This document shows positions 1-11,113 of a DNA stretch of 64,000 bases, in pieces. Positions within the stretch are counted from its first letter, which is position 1, and each line of letters opens with the position of its first letter. Below the pieces are notes generated by a model. It was given only the letters and a program-made list of their open reading frames with translations. It had not been told where the DNA came from and did no database searches. A program made the translations under genes and the position numbers. The DNA is taken from contig OZ223300.1 in the NCBI GenBank assembly GCA_965140705.1, positions 1,408,001 to 1,472,000 on the forward strand, in the 5' to 3' direction. This stretch comes from an uncultured Arcobacter sp. GTDB taxonomy: Bacteria; Campylobacterota; Campylobacteria; Campylobacterales; Arcobacteraceae.

Positions 1-1
1 A

Positions 2-2221
2 ACAAATCTTTTCGTAGGTGCAGAGGTAAAAGGAAGATCAGGCTTTATAAACTTGATGAAAGAGAAACAAACATATTTTAAAAAAGTTCAAAAAGAGTTA
101 TTAAATGAAATAAATGGTGTTTGTAAAACAAATCAAGATTTTAAAGATGAGCTATATGATAAGCTATATAGTTTTTTCCATAGATATTTTAGTGAGTCGG
201 GTTCTATTTACTATAATTATACGCCTCTTTTTTATAATATATATACAAAAGCTTATGAAGAGCAAAATATAAGTGAAATTAAAACTTTTACAACTGACTA
301 TGAACAAGTCATATCAGATAGACAAGATACTTCACTTTTTTATAAAACTCAAATGCTTTATTATGTGAAATCAGACAAAATATTTAAAGACCTTGAAATT
401 GAGATAGAGGGTAAAAAGTTTGCTTTTGATGTTTCAAATATGGAAGGTAAAAAAGCAAATGAAAAAAAAGAATTGGTTTATACCTTAGAATCAATAGAAA
501 ATAAAAGAGTTAATTTATCAGTTGCTTATAGTGTACAAGGTAAAAAAACAAAATCAAACGATATTTTAAAGGAGACAAAAAAAGAGAGTCTTGCTATAAA
601 AGAGGATGATTTAAAAAAGGCTTTTAGAGTTTTTGAAAAGCAGTCAAATATAGATTATTTTATAAATAAAGATGCAAATAAATTTTTGACTGAGCAACTT
701 GATATGTGGATATATCAGTATATGTTTTCACAAGAAATAGACCTTGATTTAGATAGGTTTAATCAAATACAAGATTTTAAAAAAGTATCTTTAAAACTTA
801 TCAACTTTATTTCTCAGTTTGAAAATGAACTTGTAAAGATTTGGAATAAGCCAAGATTTGTATTAAATAGTAATATTGTAGTTTCTATGGATTTACTTGT
901 ATCAAAAGGGTTTGATACAAATAAACTAAGAAAGCATAAAAATTACAAAGAACAAAAAAATGAATGGGAAGAGTTAGAATTATCAATCGGTGATGGGCTT
1001 ATTGAAAATGAATATTTACCAATTGACACTAAATATTTTCCAGAATTTAGAGAAGAAATTGAAGAGCTTTTTGATGAAGATGAGATAAATGGACTTTTAA
1101 TAAAGAGTGAAAATTATCAAGCACTTAATACAATACTTCCAAGGTTTAAAAATAGTGTTGATTTAATTTATATTGATCCTCCTTTTAATACTGGGGATGA
1201 TTTTGATTATTTAGATAAGTATCAAGATAGTACATGGCTTAGTCTTATGGAGAACAGACTTGAAATAGCAAAAATTCTATTGACTAAAAAAGGTAGTTTT
1301 TATTTACATTTGGATGATAAAGCAGGATATTTAGGAAGAACTTTAATGAATAAAGTTTTTAATGAGTCTTCTTATGTCAATGAGATAGTTTGGTGTTATA
1401 GTGGAGGAGGAATACCTAAGGATAGGATGCCAAAAAAACATGATTTGATTTATTGGTATGCTAAAAATAGTGAATCTAAATATTATTTCCCTCAGTATAG
1501 GGAATATTCAGAAGGAACCAAAGAAAGAGGTCGTACGGCAGTTAAAGGAGAAAACTCAGAATTAAGAGAAGAAGGTACTCCTGTGAATGATTGGTGGGAT
1601 GATATTAAGAAAATAACAAGTCCTACTGATTATGAAAAAGAAAACTTTCAAACACAAAAAGCAGAAGAGTTAATAGAGAGAATAATAAGGATTTCAAGTA
1701 TAGATAATTCTATTATTTTAGATTATCATGTAGGAAGTGGATCAACTGTTGCAACAGCTCAAAAATTAAATAGAAAATATATTGGTATTGAAATGGGAGA
1801 ACATTTTTATACCGTGGTACTACCAAGAATGAAAAAAGTTATTGGTGGTTTTGTATGTGGAATAAGTAAAAATATTGAATATAAAGGAAGTGGTATTTTT
1901 AAATACTATGAATTAGAACAATATGAACAAATACTAAGAAGTACTAAATATAGTGATACTCCACTTGACTTTATAGAAAGTAAAAAAGCTGATGAAATAA
2001 AAGATTGTTTTTTATTTGATGAAAAACTTACAAAAGCTATAGAGTCTGATGGTAAAGATTTTAAAGTTGACTTATCAAAATTATATGACAATATTGATTT
2101 AAAAGAGACTATTCACAACTTAACAGGTAAAAGACCTAAAGAGATAAAAGACAATAAAGTTATCTTTGAAAATAAAGAAGTTGAATTACTTGAAATATTA
2201 AAACCTCTATTGGTGTGGTAG
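2..2221 (+). CDS. mod: Type III restriction-modification DNA methyltransferase (Mod), 5' truncated by window edge
   Basis: IYIDPPFN catalytic motif and LDYHVGSGST SAM-binding motif. The frame is open back to base 2 (TNLFVGAEVKGRSGFINLMK), so the start lies upstream of the window rather than at 53. Directly followed by res. Confidence 0.9.
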   Translation, partial: TNLFVGAEVKGRSGFINLMKEKQTYFKKVQKELLNEINGVCKTNQDFKDELYDKLYSFFHRYFSESGSIYYNYTPLFYNIYTKAYEEQNISEIKTFTTDYEQVISDRQDTSLFYKTQMLYYVKSDKIFKDLEIEIEGKKFAFDVSNMEGKKANEKKELVYTLESIENKRVNLSVAYSVQGKKTKSNDILKETKKESLAIKEDDLKKAFRVFEKQSNIDYFINKDANKFLTEQLDMWIYQYMFSQEIDLDLDRFNQIQDFKKVSLKLINFISQFENELVKIWNKPRFVLNSNIVVSMDLLVSKGFDTNKLRKHKNYKEQKNEWEELELSIGDGLIENEYLPIDTKYFPEFREEIEELFDEDEINGLLIKSENYQALNTILPRFKNSVDLIYIDPPFNTGDDFDYLDKYQDSTWLSLMENRLEIAKILLTKKGSFYLHLDDKAGYLGRTLMNKVFNESSYVNEIVWCYSGGGIPKDRMPKKHDLIYWYAKNSESKYYFPQYREYSEGTKERGRTAVKGENSELREEGTPVNDWWDDIKKITSPTDYEKENFQTQKAEELIERIIRISSIDNSIILDYHVGSGSTVATAQKLNRKYIGIEMGEHFYTVVLPRMKKVIGGFVCGISKNIEYKGSGIFKYYELEQYEQILRSTKYSDTPLDFIESKKADEIKDCFLFDEKLTKAIESDGKDFKVDLSKLYDNIDLKETIHNLTGKRPKEIKDNKVIFENKEVELLEILKPLLVW

Positions 2222-2222
2222 T

Positions 2223-5042
2223 ATGGCAAAACAAAAAAAACTAATAGATGAACATAACTATAAAATAGTTTTACAACAACTAGTTGAAAATGAATATAGA
2301 GATATTGAATTAAACGAGTTTGATTTTGAAAGTTTTTCAGATGACAAAGAGATGTTTTCATATCAACAAGAAGCTTTGCAAAATGCTTTTAAAGTATTAA
2401 CAAAGTTTTATGATGAATATAATGCAGATAAAGAAGATTTTTATAATAAAGAGTATCGAAAATATCCCCATGTAAATTTAGACTATGCAAAACCTAGTGA
2501 GCTTATACAAGAATATTTTCCTTTAACTGGTAAAAGAGTTGAATTCTCACATCTTATAAATCGTATGAGTTTTTGGATGACTATGGGAAGTGGTAAGACA
2601 ATTGTTATCATAAAACTTGTAGAGTTGTTGGATAAAGCTATGAGTTTAGGTCTAATACCAAAAAAGAATATTTTATTTTTTACTGCAAATGAAGGTTTAC
2701 TTGATAGATTTCAAAAAGAGGTTGAAGAGTATAATCTATTAAAAGATAAAACTATAGATATTATTAGTTTAAAAGAGTATGAAAATAGACAAAGACAAGG
2801 TACAATATTTGATTCTCAGCTGATAAAACTTTTTTGTTACAGAGCTGATTTAATGGCGGAAGAGAGAAAAGAGGTTACACTAAATTATAAAGATTATCTT
2901 GATAGTGGAAATAATTATGTGATTTTAGATGAAGCTCACAAAGGTGATAAACAAGACTCTAAAAGACAAAATATATTTTCTATACTTGCTCAAAATGGAT
3001 TTTTATTTAATTTCTCTGCTACTTTTACAGATGAATCTGATATTGTAACAACGGTATATAATCTAAATCAAGCAGTTTGGGTAAAAAAAGGGTATGGTAA
3101 GAAACTATTTTTATTAGACAATGATTTAAAAGCATTTAAAGAAAAAACAGATTTAAATGAGAGTGAAAAACAAAGAGCTACTTTAAAATCACTTTTGCTT
3201 TTAGCACTTGCAAAAAAATATAAACTTTCAGATGTATATCATGACCCTATGATGGTAGTATTTACAAATTCAGTAAATACAGTAGAAGCAGATGCAGAAC
3301 TATTTTTTAAGACAATTCAATCAATTGCAAAAGATACTCTTGATGATATTTTTATTGAAGCTAAAAAAGAGTTAAAGACAGAATTTAAAGAAACAAAGTA
3401 TTTAGTAACAGATAAAGATGGTGAAGGAGTACTTGAACTTGCGGAACAAGTTAGTAATATTAGTTTTGAAGAGTTAAAAGAATTAGTATTCTATGCAAAG
3501 AAAGGAAATATTGAAGCTATTGTAAATCCAAAAGATAAAACAGAGATAGCTTTTAAACTTGATAGTACAGATAAGCCATTTTGTTTGATAAAAATAGGTG
3601 ATATTTCATCTTGGTTAAAAGAGAAACTTACCGGTATAAAAATAGATGAAACATTTAAAGAAGAGAGTTATTTTAAATCTTTAGATGATAGTAGTATAAA
3701 TATACTTTTAGGTAGTAGAGCCTTTTATGAAGGATGGGATACTACTAGACCTAATATAATGTTATTTTTAAATATTGGTATGAAGGAGGAAGCTAAAAAA
3801 TTTGTAACTCAATCTATAGGTAGAGGGATGAGAATTGAATCTGTTGAAGGAAGTCGTCAAAGAATAGATTTTATTGACACAGATAAAAAAGCTTCAATTC
3901 AAGAAAATGCAAAAGCATTAGAAACACTATTTGTAGTCTCAACTAATAAAGAAGCTATTAATTCAATCGTTTCGTGGCAAGAAGAACAAAATAAAGGTAT
4001 AGATTGGCAAGAAATATCTTTAGAAAAAAATACAATTAATAATAAAGATTTATATATTCCAAAATATATTCCTCATCAAGTCACAGCTGATAAAATTGAA
4101 AATAAAAGTGCTTTTAAATTAAGTGAAAGAAATAGAGATGATTTAAGAATTTATATAAATAGCTTAGGCAAAGAACTTTTTTCTTTAAAACATAAATTTT
4201 TCAATAAAAAAGAGTGTGATTTATTTTATGATTTAGTTAATAAAGATGATAGCTTTTATATAGATAAAAATATTCACTATAAGTCTTTAGATTTTTTGAT
4301 TGAGAAATTGCAAAAGAGATTATATGTATCTCAAAGTAAAGTGGATAAATTTGAGCTATTAAATGATGAGATTGTTCATTTTAGAAAAATAAAAGTTAGA
4401 GAAGATAAAAAAGAAGAGGTTCAAAAAGTTATTTCAGAAGCATTAAAAAAAGAAATATTATCCAATGAAGAATTATTCAAAAAGGCAGAAGAAGAAGGAC
4501 TTGCATTATTAGATATTGTTAAAAAATACCAGCCAGAGGTACTTTTGGAAGATGCAAAATTTAAGAAAATGTTGAATCATTATTTTAATCCTGTTATTTC
4601 AGGTGAGAATTTAGATTGGATAAAAAATATTATATCAGAAGAGAGTGAGATTATCTTTTTAGAAGAGCTTAGTAAGATTTGTAACTATATAGATACACAA
4701 TATGATTGGTGGATGTTTAGTAAGCTGAATGAGCATCATGATAAAGGAGTTTATATACCTTATTGTGATGACGGAATTGAAAAGCCTTTTTATCCTGATT
4801 TTATTTTTTGGTTACAAAAGGATAAAAAACAGACTATATTATTTGTTGATCCTAAGGGGAATAAGTTTACATCATTTATTCCTAAAGTTGAAGGCTTTAA
4901 AAAGCTTTTTAAAGATAAAACATTTAATAAAGATAATTTAGAAATTGAAGTAAAATTATTTCTTATGAGAGTTTCAAATGATACTTCAGGAGATTACGAA
5001 AAGTACTGGGTTTCAAAAGATAATTTAAAGAGTATATTTTAA
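2223..5042 (+). CDS. res: Type III restriction endonuclease Res subunit (SF2 helicase plus PD-(D/E)XK nuclease)
   Basis: MTMGSGKT Walker A, ILDEAHK, SAT, EGWD, QSIGRGMR, C-terminal YPDFIFW..DPKG. Starts 1 nt after mod. Confidence 0.9.
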   Translation: MAKQKKLIDEHNYKIVLQQLVENEYRDIELNEFDFESFSDDKEMFSYQQEALQNAFKVLTKFYDEYNADKEDFYNKEYRKYPHVNLDYAKPSELIQEYFPLTGKRVEFSHLINRMSFWMTMGSGKTIVIIKLVELLDKAMSLGLIPKKNILFFTANEGLLDRFQKEVEEYNLLKDKTIDIISLKEYENRQRQGTIFDSQLIKLFCYRADLMAEERKEVTLNYKDYLDSGNNYVILDEAHKGDKQDSKRQNIFSILAQNGFLFNFSATFTDESDIVTTVYNLNQAVWVKKGYGKKLFLLDNDLKAFKEKTDLNESEKQRATLKSLLLLALAKKYKLSDVYHDPMMVVFTNSVNTVEADAELFFKTIQSIAKDTLDDIFIEAKKELKTEFKETKYLVTDKDGEGVLELAEQVSNISFEELKELVFYAKKGNIEAIVNPKDKTEIAFKLDSTDKPFCLIKIGDISSWLKEKLTGIKIDETFKEESYFKSLDDSSINILLGSRAFYEGWDTTRPNIMLFLNIGMKEEAKKFVTQSIGRGMRIESVEGSRQRIDFIDTDKKASIQENAKALETLFVVSTNKEAINSIVSWQEEQNKGIDWQEISLEKNTINNKDLYIPKYIPHQVTADKIENKSAFKLSERNRDDLRIYINSLGKELFSLKHKFFNKKECDLFYDLVNKDDSFYIDKNIHYKSLDFLIEKLQKRLYVSQSKVDKFELLNDEIVHFRKIKVREDKKEEVQKVISEALKKEILSNEELFKKAEEEGLALLDIVKKYQPEVLLEDAKFKKMLNHYFNPVISGENLDWIKNIISEESEIIFLEELSKICNYIDTQYDWWMFSKLNEHHDKGVYIPYCDDGIEKPFYPDFIFWLQKDKKQTILFVDPKGNKFTSFIPKVEGFKKLFKDKTFNKDNLEIEVKLFLMRVSNDTSGDYEKYWVSKDNLKSIF

Positions 5043-5051
5043 GGAAATAAA

Positions 5052-5660
5052 ATGCTAACACTAAAAGAGATGGTAATACAGATTCTAAAAGAAGAAAACA
5101 AAGTTCTAATAGTAAAAGATATTGCAAATAAATTAGTGAAAAAATATCCTGAAAAGTTTGAGTCAAAAACCTTGCAAAAAAATGGGGATAAAAAATTAGC
5201 CCTTGACCAGATTAAAGCTGAAATCTAATCTTTGAGTGTGGAAAATGACAGCGTGTTTTTTAGGGATAAAAGCTCAAAGCCTGTTTTGGTTAGTTTGGTT
5301 GAAGAAAGTGAAGAGAAGTTAGAAATAGAATCCCTTTATGAGGACTTTGAGAGTGATGAGGGATTGGTATATATATTAGGTACAAATACTTTTACAAAAG
5401 ATACTAAAAAGTTAGTTAAAATTGGGCTTACTACTTTAAAGGTTGAGGATAGGATAAAGTCACTTTATACTAGTGGTGTACCTTTTGAGTTTAAAGTGCT
5501 TAGAGAATACAAAACATCATCCTATGCAGAGCTTGAAAAAGCTATGCACAAGCTTCTAAATAATTACAGACCAAACCCTGCAAGGGAGTTTTTTACAAAT
5601 GATTGTTTAGACTTTGCCGATGAGATATATGAACTTCATAAGAGAATAGAATTAAATTGA
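5052..5660 (+). pseudogene. HTH-like N-terminus plus GIY-YIG (T5orf172-like) nuclease gene interrupted by an in-frame TAA
   Basis: RBS AAGGA and ATG at 5052 are in frame with ORF 5232..5660; single TAA at 5226-5228. C-terminal GLVYIL..VKIGLT..R..LY..GVP..F..E..H..R..REFF motifs. Confidence 0.75.
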
Positions 5661-5851
5661 TATATTTAAGGGAAAAATATGGCATCAAAGTATCAGTAAA
5701 TAGGTAATTTATTTAAAAATTTAAATTTTCTTATAAATATATTCTCTAAATCTATATCTAAATATCTAATGACATTTCATTTTGTCATATTTTCAAATCT
5801 ACTCTAAAAATCAAGATAAAATATTTTCATAATTGTTAAAAGATACACATA

Positions 5852-5880
5852 TTGACAAAATGTATCTTATAGGATACAAT
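5852..5880 (+). promoter_or_regulatory. Candidate TA promoter/operator
   Basis: TTGACA (5852-5857), 17 nt, TACAAT (5875-5880), overlapped by the near-palindrome TGTATCTTATAGGATACA (5861-5878). Confidence 0.6.
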
Positions 5881-5881
5881 T

Positions 5882-6178
5882 ATGGAATATACGATTAGAG
5901 AAACTGCTATTTTTAATAAGTGGTTATTGAAGCTAAAAGATATAAAAGGAAAAGTTTCTATTATCCGTAGAATTGAGAGGATGAAAAAGGGAAACTTTGG
6001 TGACTATAAAGGTTTAGGAGAAGAAGTATCTGAACTAAGAATAACTGTTGGTGCTGGTTATCGAGTATATTATACGGTAAAAGATGATGAAATAATTATT
6101 CTTTTACATGGTGGAGATAAGTCTAGTCAAAACAAAGATATAGAAAAAGCAAAAGAACTGGCAAAGGAGTTAAAATGA
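5882..6178 (+). CDS. RelE/HigB-like addiction module toxin (HI1419 type)
   Basis: 98 aa basic protein with F.KWL..LKD, GNFGD.K, VSELRI..G.GYRVY and LL.GGDKSSQ..DI motifs. Confidence 0.88.
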   Translation: MEYTIRETAIFNKWLLKLKDIKGKVSIIRRIERMKKGNFGDYKGLGEEVSELRITVGAGYRVYYTVKDDEIIILLHGGDKSSQNKDIEKAKELAKELK

Positions 6179-6450
6179 CTACTAATGAATTTGATTTATC
6201 TAATTACTTAGATTCAAAAGAGATGATAGCAGAGTATTTATCACAAGTTTTAGAAGATGGTGATATGGATGAACTTTTGAGTGCACTTGGATATATTGCA
6301 AAAGCTAAAGGTATGTCGCAAGTTTCAAAAGATACGGGGCTTGGTCGTGAAAGTTTATATAAAACACTTGCAAAAGGTTCAAAACCTAAGTTTGAAACAG
6401 TACTTAAAGTACTAAATTCATTAGGCATAAAACTTCAAGTAGTAGCTTAA
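6175..6450 (+). CDS. HTH addiction module antitoxin (HI1420 type)
   Basis: FD.S.YLDS.E.IAEYL..GMSQVSKDTGLGRESLYKTL..PKFETVLKV. ATGA overlap with the toxin. Confidence 0.88.
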   Translation: MTTNEFDLSNYLDSKEMIAEYLSQVLEDGDMDELLSALGYIAKAKGMSQVSKDTGLGRESLYKTLAKGSKPKFETVLKVLNSLGIKLQVVA

Positions 6451-6559
6451 AGCTAATAGAAATACTCAAGATTAAAATTATTTAAAGTTAAACTAAATTT
6501 GCTATGATTACAAAACAAAATAATAAAAATAAACTATACTTATACAGTAAGGAATTGAC

Positions 6560-7243
6560 ATGCAAGAAGAATTTAATGAATATTTTAACAGACAGATAAA
6601 ACTTTGGGGGCAAGAGACTCAAGACTCGCTTCAAGGGAAAAAGGTAGCTATTATTGGAAGTGGTGGGCTTGGTTGTACACTTGGTATTGCACTTGGAGCT
6701 TCTGGAATAGGTGAGTTTACTTTAATAGATTTTGATACTGTTGGAGTTCATAATATTCATAGACAAATAGGTTTTAAAGTGGGTGACGATGGTAAATATA
6801 AGTGTGAGGTTTTAAAAGAACTTATTGAAGCTAGATGTCCTTATACGAAAGTTACTACTTATAAAGAATCTTTTCAAGAGTTTGAAAAAAGAGGTTTAGA
6901 GTTTGACCTTATCATCGATGCAACTGATAATCTTCCAACAAGAGCCGATATAAACAGATATTGCATAGAAAAGAAACAACCATGGATTTATGGTACAGTT
7001 GAAGAGTTTCATGGTCAGGTTTGTTTTTTTGAAAAAGCTTCATATGAGGCTGTTTTTGTAGTAAATGATAGAAAACCAAATGGTATAGCTTGTCCTATTG
7101 TTATGCATGTGGGGTCTCTTCAAGCAAATCTTGCCATTAGATATTTGGCTGGACTTTCAGTTAAAAAAGATGTTTTATATTATCTTTCATTTGATGATGA
7201 AGGTATAATAAATTACAAAAATTTCAAACTTCCTACTAAATAA
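6560..7243 (+). CDS. ThiF/MoeB/HesA family adenylyltransferase
   Basis: RQIKLWG, IIGSGGLG, DFDTVGVHNIHRQ and DATDN motifs. Confidence 0.88.
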   Translation: MQEEFNEYFNRQIKLWGQETQDSLQGKKVAIIGSGGLGCTLGIALGASGIGEFTLIDFDTVGVHNIHRQIGFKVGDDGKYKCEVLKELIEARCPYTKVTTYKESFQEFEKRGLEFDLIIDATDNLPTRADINRYCIEKKQPWIYGTVEEFHGQVCFFEKASYEAVFVVNDRKPNGIACPIVMHVGSLQANLAIRYLAGLSVKKDVLYYLSFDDEGIINYKNFKLPTK

Positions 7244-7271
7244 AATATAGAGCAAAATTAGCTCTATATTT
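7243..7271 (+). terminator. Intrinsic terminator-like hairpin
   Basis: AAATATAGAGC-7 nt-GCTCTATATTT inverted repeat directly after the stop codon. Confidence 0.6.
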
Positions 7272-7369
7272 AAATACAAAAATCTTATAAATAATTTTCA
7301 AATAACCATTATTTAAGCACTTTTTGGATAATATTTCCAAATTTTACTACATATATGGGGAACTTATAA

Positions 7370-10300
7370 ATGCCAAAAAGAGAAGATATTAAATCTATAT
7401 TATTAATCGGTTCTGGTCCTATTATTATTGGACAAGCATGCGAATTTGATTATTCAGGAACACAAGCTACAAAAACATTAAAAGAGTTAGGTTATAGAGT
7501 TGTATTAATCAACTCAAATCCCGCAACTATTATGACAGATCCTGAATTCGCAGATAAAACTTATATCGAACCAATTACAGAAGATATGATTGCGAAAATT
7601 ATAAAAAAAGAGAATATTGATGCAATCTTACCAACTATGGGTGGTCAAACAGCACTTAATGTTGCTACAACTATGTATGATAAAGGTATGTTAGAAGGTG
7701 TTGCTTTTTTAGGTGCTCATCCAGATGCTATAAAAAAAGGTGAAGATAGACATCTTTTCAATGAAGCTATGATAAAAATCGGTATGGATTTACCAAAAAG
7801 TGCAAATGCATATAGTGTTGAAGAAGCTATAAAAGTAGCAAAAGAGATTGGTTTCCCTGTTATCTCTAGAGCATCTTTTACCCTTGCAGGTGGTGGAAGT
7901 GGTGTTGCTTACAATATGGAAGAGTTCAAAAAGCTTGCAGAAGCAGGAATAGAAGCATCTCCAATCAATGAAATTGAGATTATGGAATCAATGCTTGGTT
8001 GGAAAGAGTACGAAATGGAAGTTATCAGAGATAGAAAAGATAACTGTATCATCGTATGTTCTATAGAAAACTTAGACCCAATGGGTGTTCATACAGGAGA
8101 TAGTGTTACTATCGCTCCTGCTCTTACTCTTACAGACAAAGAGTATCAAGATATGAGAAATGCTTCATTTGCTATTTTAAGAGAGATTGGTGTTGATACA
8201 GGTGGTTCAAATGTACAATTCTCTATTTGTCCAAAAACAGGAAGAATGATAGTTATTGAGATGAACCCTAGAGTTTCTCGTTCTTCTGCGCTTGCTTCTA
8301 AGGCTACTGGTTATCCTATTGCAAAAGTTGCAACACTTCTTGCTGTTGGATTTACTCTTGATGAGATTGAAAATGATATTACAGGTACAACTGCATCATT
8401 TGAGCCAGTTATTGATTATGTAGTTACAAAAATCCCTAGATTTACTTTTGAAAAATTCCCAAAAGCAGACTCTACACTTACAACTTCTATGAAATCTGTT
8501 GGTGAAGTTATGGCTATGGGTAGAACATTTAACGAATCAATCCAAAAAGCACTTTGTTCTTTAGAAACAGGTCTTTGTGGTTTTGACCCAATAAAAGCTG
8601 AGATGGAAAAAATCAAAGCTGAAATTAGAAGACCAAATTGTGATAGACTTTTATACTTGATGCAAGGTATGAGAGAAGGACTTACAAATGAAGAGATTTT
8701 TGAATTATCTAAAATAGATCCTTGGTTCTTGACTAAATTTAGACAAATCGTTGATATGGAAAAATCAATGGATGCTTCAATCTTAACTGACGAAGTTAAA
8801 ATGAGAATAATCAAATCAAATGGATTCTCTGACAAGATGATTTCTATGCTTATTGGTAAAACAGAAGAAGAAGTTTATCAAGCAAGAAAAACTCTAAATG
8901 TAGACTTTGAATACAATGAAGTTGATACTTGTGCAGCTGAATTTAAAGCACTTACCCCATATCTTTACTCTACTACAAATGTAACTAAAATTCCTCAAGT
9001 AAATAAAATAACAGATGAGAAAAAAGTTATGATTATAGGTGGTGGACCAAATAGAATTGGACAAGGTATTGAGTTCGATTATTGTTGTGTTCATGCAAGT
9101 TTTGCCCTAAAAGAAATGGGTATTAAAACTATCATGTATAACTGTAACCCTGAAACTGTATCTACTGATTATGATACTTCAGATATATTATACTTCGAGC
9201 CAATTGATTTTGAGCATGTAAGAAGTGTAGTAGAAAAAGAGAATCCGGATGGTGTTATAGTTCACTTTGGTGGACAAACTCCACTTAAACTAGCAAATGC
9301 ACTAACAGCTGCAGGAGCTAAAATCATAGGTACAACTGCTGAAGTTATTGATTTAGCAGAAGATAGAAAAAAATTTTCAAAATTTGTTGAAGATGCAGGA
9401 CTTTTACAACCAGAAAATGGAACAGCAGTAGAAGTTGAAGAAGCTATTGAAATAGCTGAAAGAATTGGTTATCCAGTTCTTGTAAGACCTTCATTTGTAC
9501 TTGGTGGAAGAGGGATGAAAATCGTATATTCTACAACTGAGTTAAGACAATATATGGATGAAGCTGTATCTGTATCAAATGATGCACCAGTACTTATTGA
9601 TAAATTCCTTGATAGAGCGATTGAACTTGATGTTGATTGTATCTGTGATGGAAAAGAGGTATATATTGGTGGAATCATGCAACATATTGAAGAAGCTGGT
9701 GTTCACTCAGGAGATTCGGCGTGTTCTTTACCTCCTGTTTCTATAAGTGATGAGTTAATCAAAGAGTTAGAGACAAAAACAAAAAATATGGCACTAGGTC
9801 TTGGCGTTGTTGGTCTTATGAATACACAATATGCTATTCACAAAGGGCAAATATATCTTATCGAAGTGAATCCAAGAGCTTCAAGAACAGTTCCTTTTGT
9901 AAGTAAAGCAACTGGTATGCCTTTGGCGAAAGTGGCTACTAGAGTTATGTGGGGAGAGAGTTTAAGAAATGCCCTTGATACATATAATACTGAACTTGTA
10001 TGGGAAGATAATGGTGTATTAAAACCAATATTAAGAAACCACGTGGCTATCAAAGAAGCAGTTTTCCCATTCAATAAACTTAGTGGTTCTGATATGATAT
10101 TAACTCCTGAGATGAAATCAACTGGTGAAGTTATGGGTATCTCTGATAGTTTTGGTGAATCATACGCAAAAGCACAAAGTGCTGCAAAAAATGATATTCC
10201 AACAGAGGGGAAAGTATTTATTTCATTATGTGATTTAGATAAAGAATTTGCACCAAAAATCGCTAAAGGACTTATTGATGAAGGTTTTACAGTAGTTGCT

Positions 10301-10609
10301 ACTGGTGGAACACATAAAGCAATTGCAGATGCTGGAATTGAGTGTGAAAAAGTTCTTAAAATCTCTGAGGGTAGACCAAATATTATCGACTCTATTACAA
10401 ATGGTGAAATTGCCCTTGCTATTAACACAAGTGATGGGAAAGAGTCATCAAAAGATGATGGTAAAAATATCAGAAGATCAGTTCTAAAAATGAATGTAAC
10501 ATATGTGACAACAGCAGCAGCAGCCTTTGCTTGTCTTGAAGCTATGAAAGAAATTAGAAAAAAAGATGGATTGTCTCCAAAATCTATTCAAGAATTTCTA
10601 AGCAGATAA
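7370..10609 (+). CDS. carB: Carbamoyl-phosphate synthase large subunit
   Basis: [30 protein letters not shown] start, two ATP-grasp halves and a C-terminal MGS domain; 1079 aa. Confidence 0.99.
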   Translation: MPKREDIKSILLIGSGPIIIGQACEFDYSGTQATKTLKELGYRVVLINSNPATIMTDPEFADKTYIEPITEDMIAKIIKKENIDAILPTMGGQTALNVATTMYDKGMLEGVAFLGAHPDAIKKGEDRHLFNEAMIKIGMDLPKSANAYSVEEAIKVAKEIGFPVISRASFTLAGGGSGVAYNMEEFKKLAEAGIEASPINEIEIMESMLGWKEYEMEVIRDRKDNCIIVCSIENLDPMGVHTGDSVTIAPALTLTDKEYQDMRNASFAILREIGVDTGGSNVQFSICPKTGRMIVIEMNPRVSRSSALASKATGYPIAKVATLLAVGFTLDEIENDITGTTASFEPVIDYVVTKIPRFTFEKFPKADSTLTTSMKSVGEVMAMGRTFNESIQKALCSLETGLCGFDPIKAEMEKIKAEIRRPNCDRLLYLMQGMREGLTNEEIFELSKIDPWFLTKFRQIVDMEKSMDASILTDEVKMRIIKSNGFSDKMISMLIGKTEEEVYQARKTLNVDFEYNEVDTCAAEFKALTPYLYSTTNVTKIPQVNKITDEKKVMIIGGGPNRIGQGIEFDYCCVHASFALKEMGIKTIMYNCNPETVSTDYDTSDILYFEPIDFEHVRSVVEKENPDGVIVHFGGQTPLKLANALTAAGAKIIGTTAEVIDLAEDRKKFSKFVEDAGLLQPENGTAVEVEEAIEIAERIGYPVLVRPSFVLGGRGMKIVYSTTELRQYMDEAVSVSNDAPVLIDKFLDRAIELDVDCICDGKEVYIGGIMQHIEEAGVHSGDSACSLPPVSISDELIKELETKTKNMALGLGVVGLMNTQYAIHKGQIYLIEVNPRASRTVPFVSKATGMPLAKVATRVMWGESLRNALDTYNTELVWEDNGVLKPILRNHVAIKEAVFPFNKLSGSDMILTPEMKSTGEVMGISDSFGESYAKAQSAAKNDIPTEGKVFISLCDLDKEFAPKIAKGLIDEGFTVVATGGTHKAIADAGIECEKVLKISEGRPNIIDSITNGEIALAINTSDGKESSKDDGKNIRRSVLKMNVTYVTTAAAAFACLEAMKEIRKKDGLSPKSIQEFLSR

Positions 10610-10610
10610 T

Positions 10611-11054
10611 ATGAACCCAAACTCTGTTTATTTGGTTCAAACAGATACAACTGTTGGCTTTTCATCAAATGATAAAGAAAAGCTAGCAGTTATAAAAAAA
10701 AGACCAAAAACGCAAAAAATACTACGAACAGTAGACTCTTTTAAGACTTTACAAAACTTCACAAGAATCCCAAACAATCACAAAAAAAGAGTAAGAAACT
10801 CTAAAAATAGTACTTTTATATACCCCAACAATGAGTCATTTAGAGTTATAAGTAAAGATTCTACATTTTATGATTTTATAAAAAAATTCAATGTCCTTTA
10901 TTCTTCTTCAGCAAATGAGACTCAAAAGAACTTTGATGAAGAGTATGCAAAGGATGTCTCAGATGTAGTTGTGATACAAAAAAATGGTTTTTTTGAAGAC
11001 ATCCCTTCCAAATTATATAAGATAAATAAATTTAAAGTTAAGAAATTAAGATAA
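10611..11054 (+). CDS. Short Sua5/YciO/YrdC family protein
   Basis: VYLVQTDTTVG, K.RP and YSSSAN motifs. Confidence 0.8.
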   Translation: MNPNSVYLVQTDTTVGFSSNDKEKLAVIKKRPKTQKILRTVDSFKTLQNFTRIPNNHKKRVRNSKNSTFIYPNNESFRVISKDSTFYDFIKKFNVLYSSSANETQKNFDEEYAKDVSDVVVIQKNGFFEDIPSKLYKINKFKVKKLR

Positions 11055-11113
11055 TCTAAGACTTTATTAAGTCATAAGTCCATAAAATAAATTTTATTCA
11101 TAAAAGGCTACTC

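Noticed and set aside
53..58. Track start for mod at 53
   Set aside because: The frame is open to the window edge with Mod-like sequence, so the true start is upstream.
5679..5699. RBS plus 6-codon ORF (MASKYQ)
   Set aside because: Possibly a gene remnant, but too short to support a call.
8416..10487. Antisense and alternate-frame ORFs within carB, and similar short ORFs over res, avs4, sbcC and the T1SS genes
   Set aside because: Shadow ORFs of well-supported genes, with no recognisable motifs.
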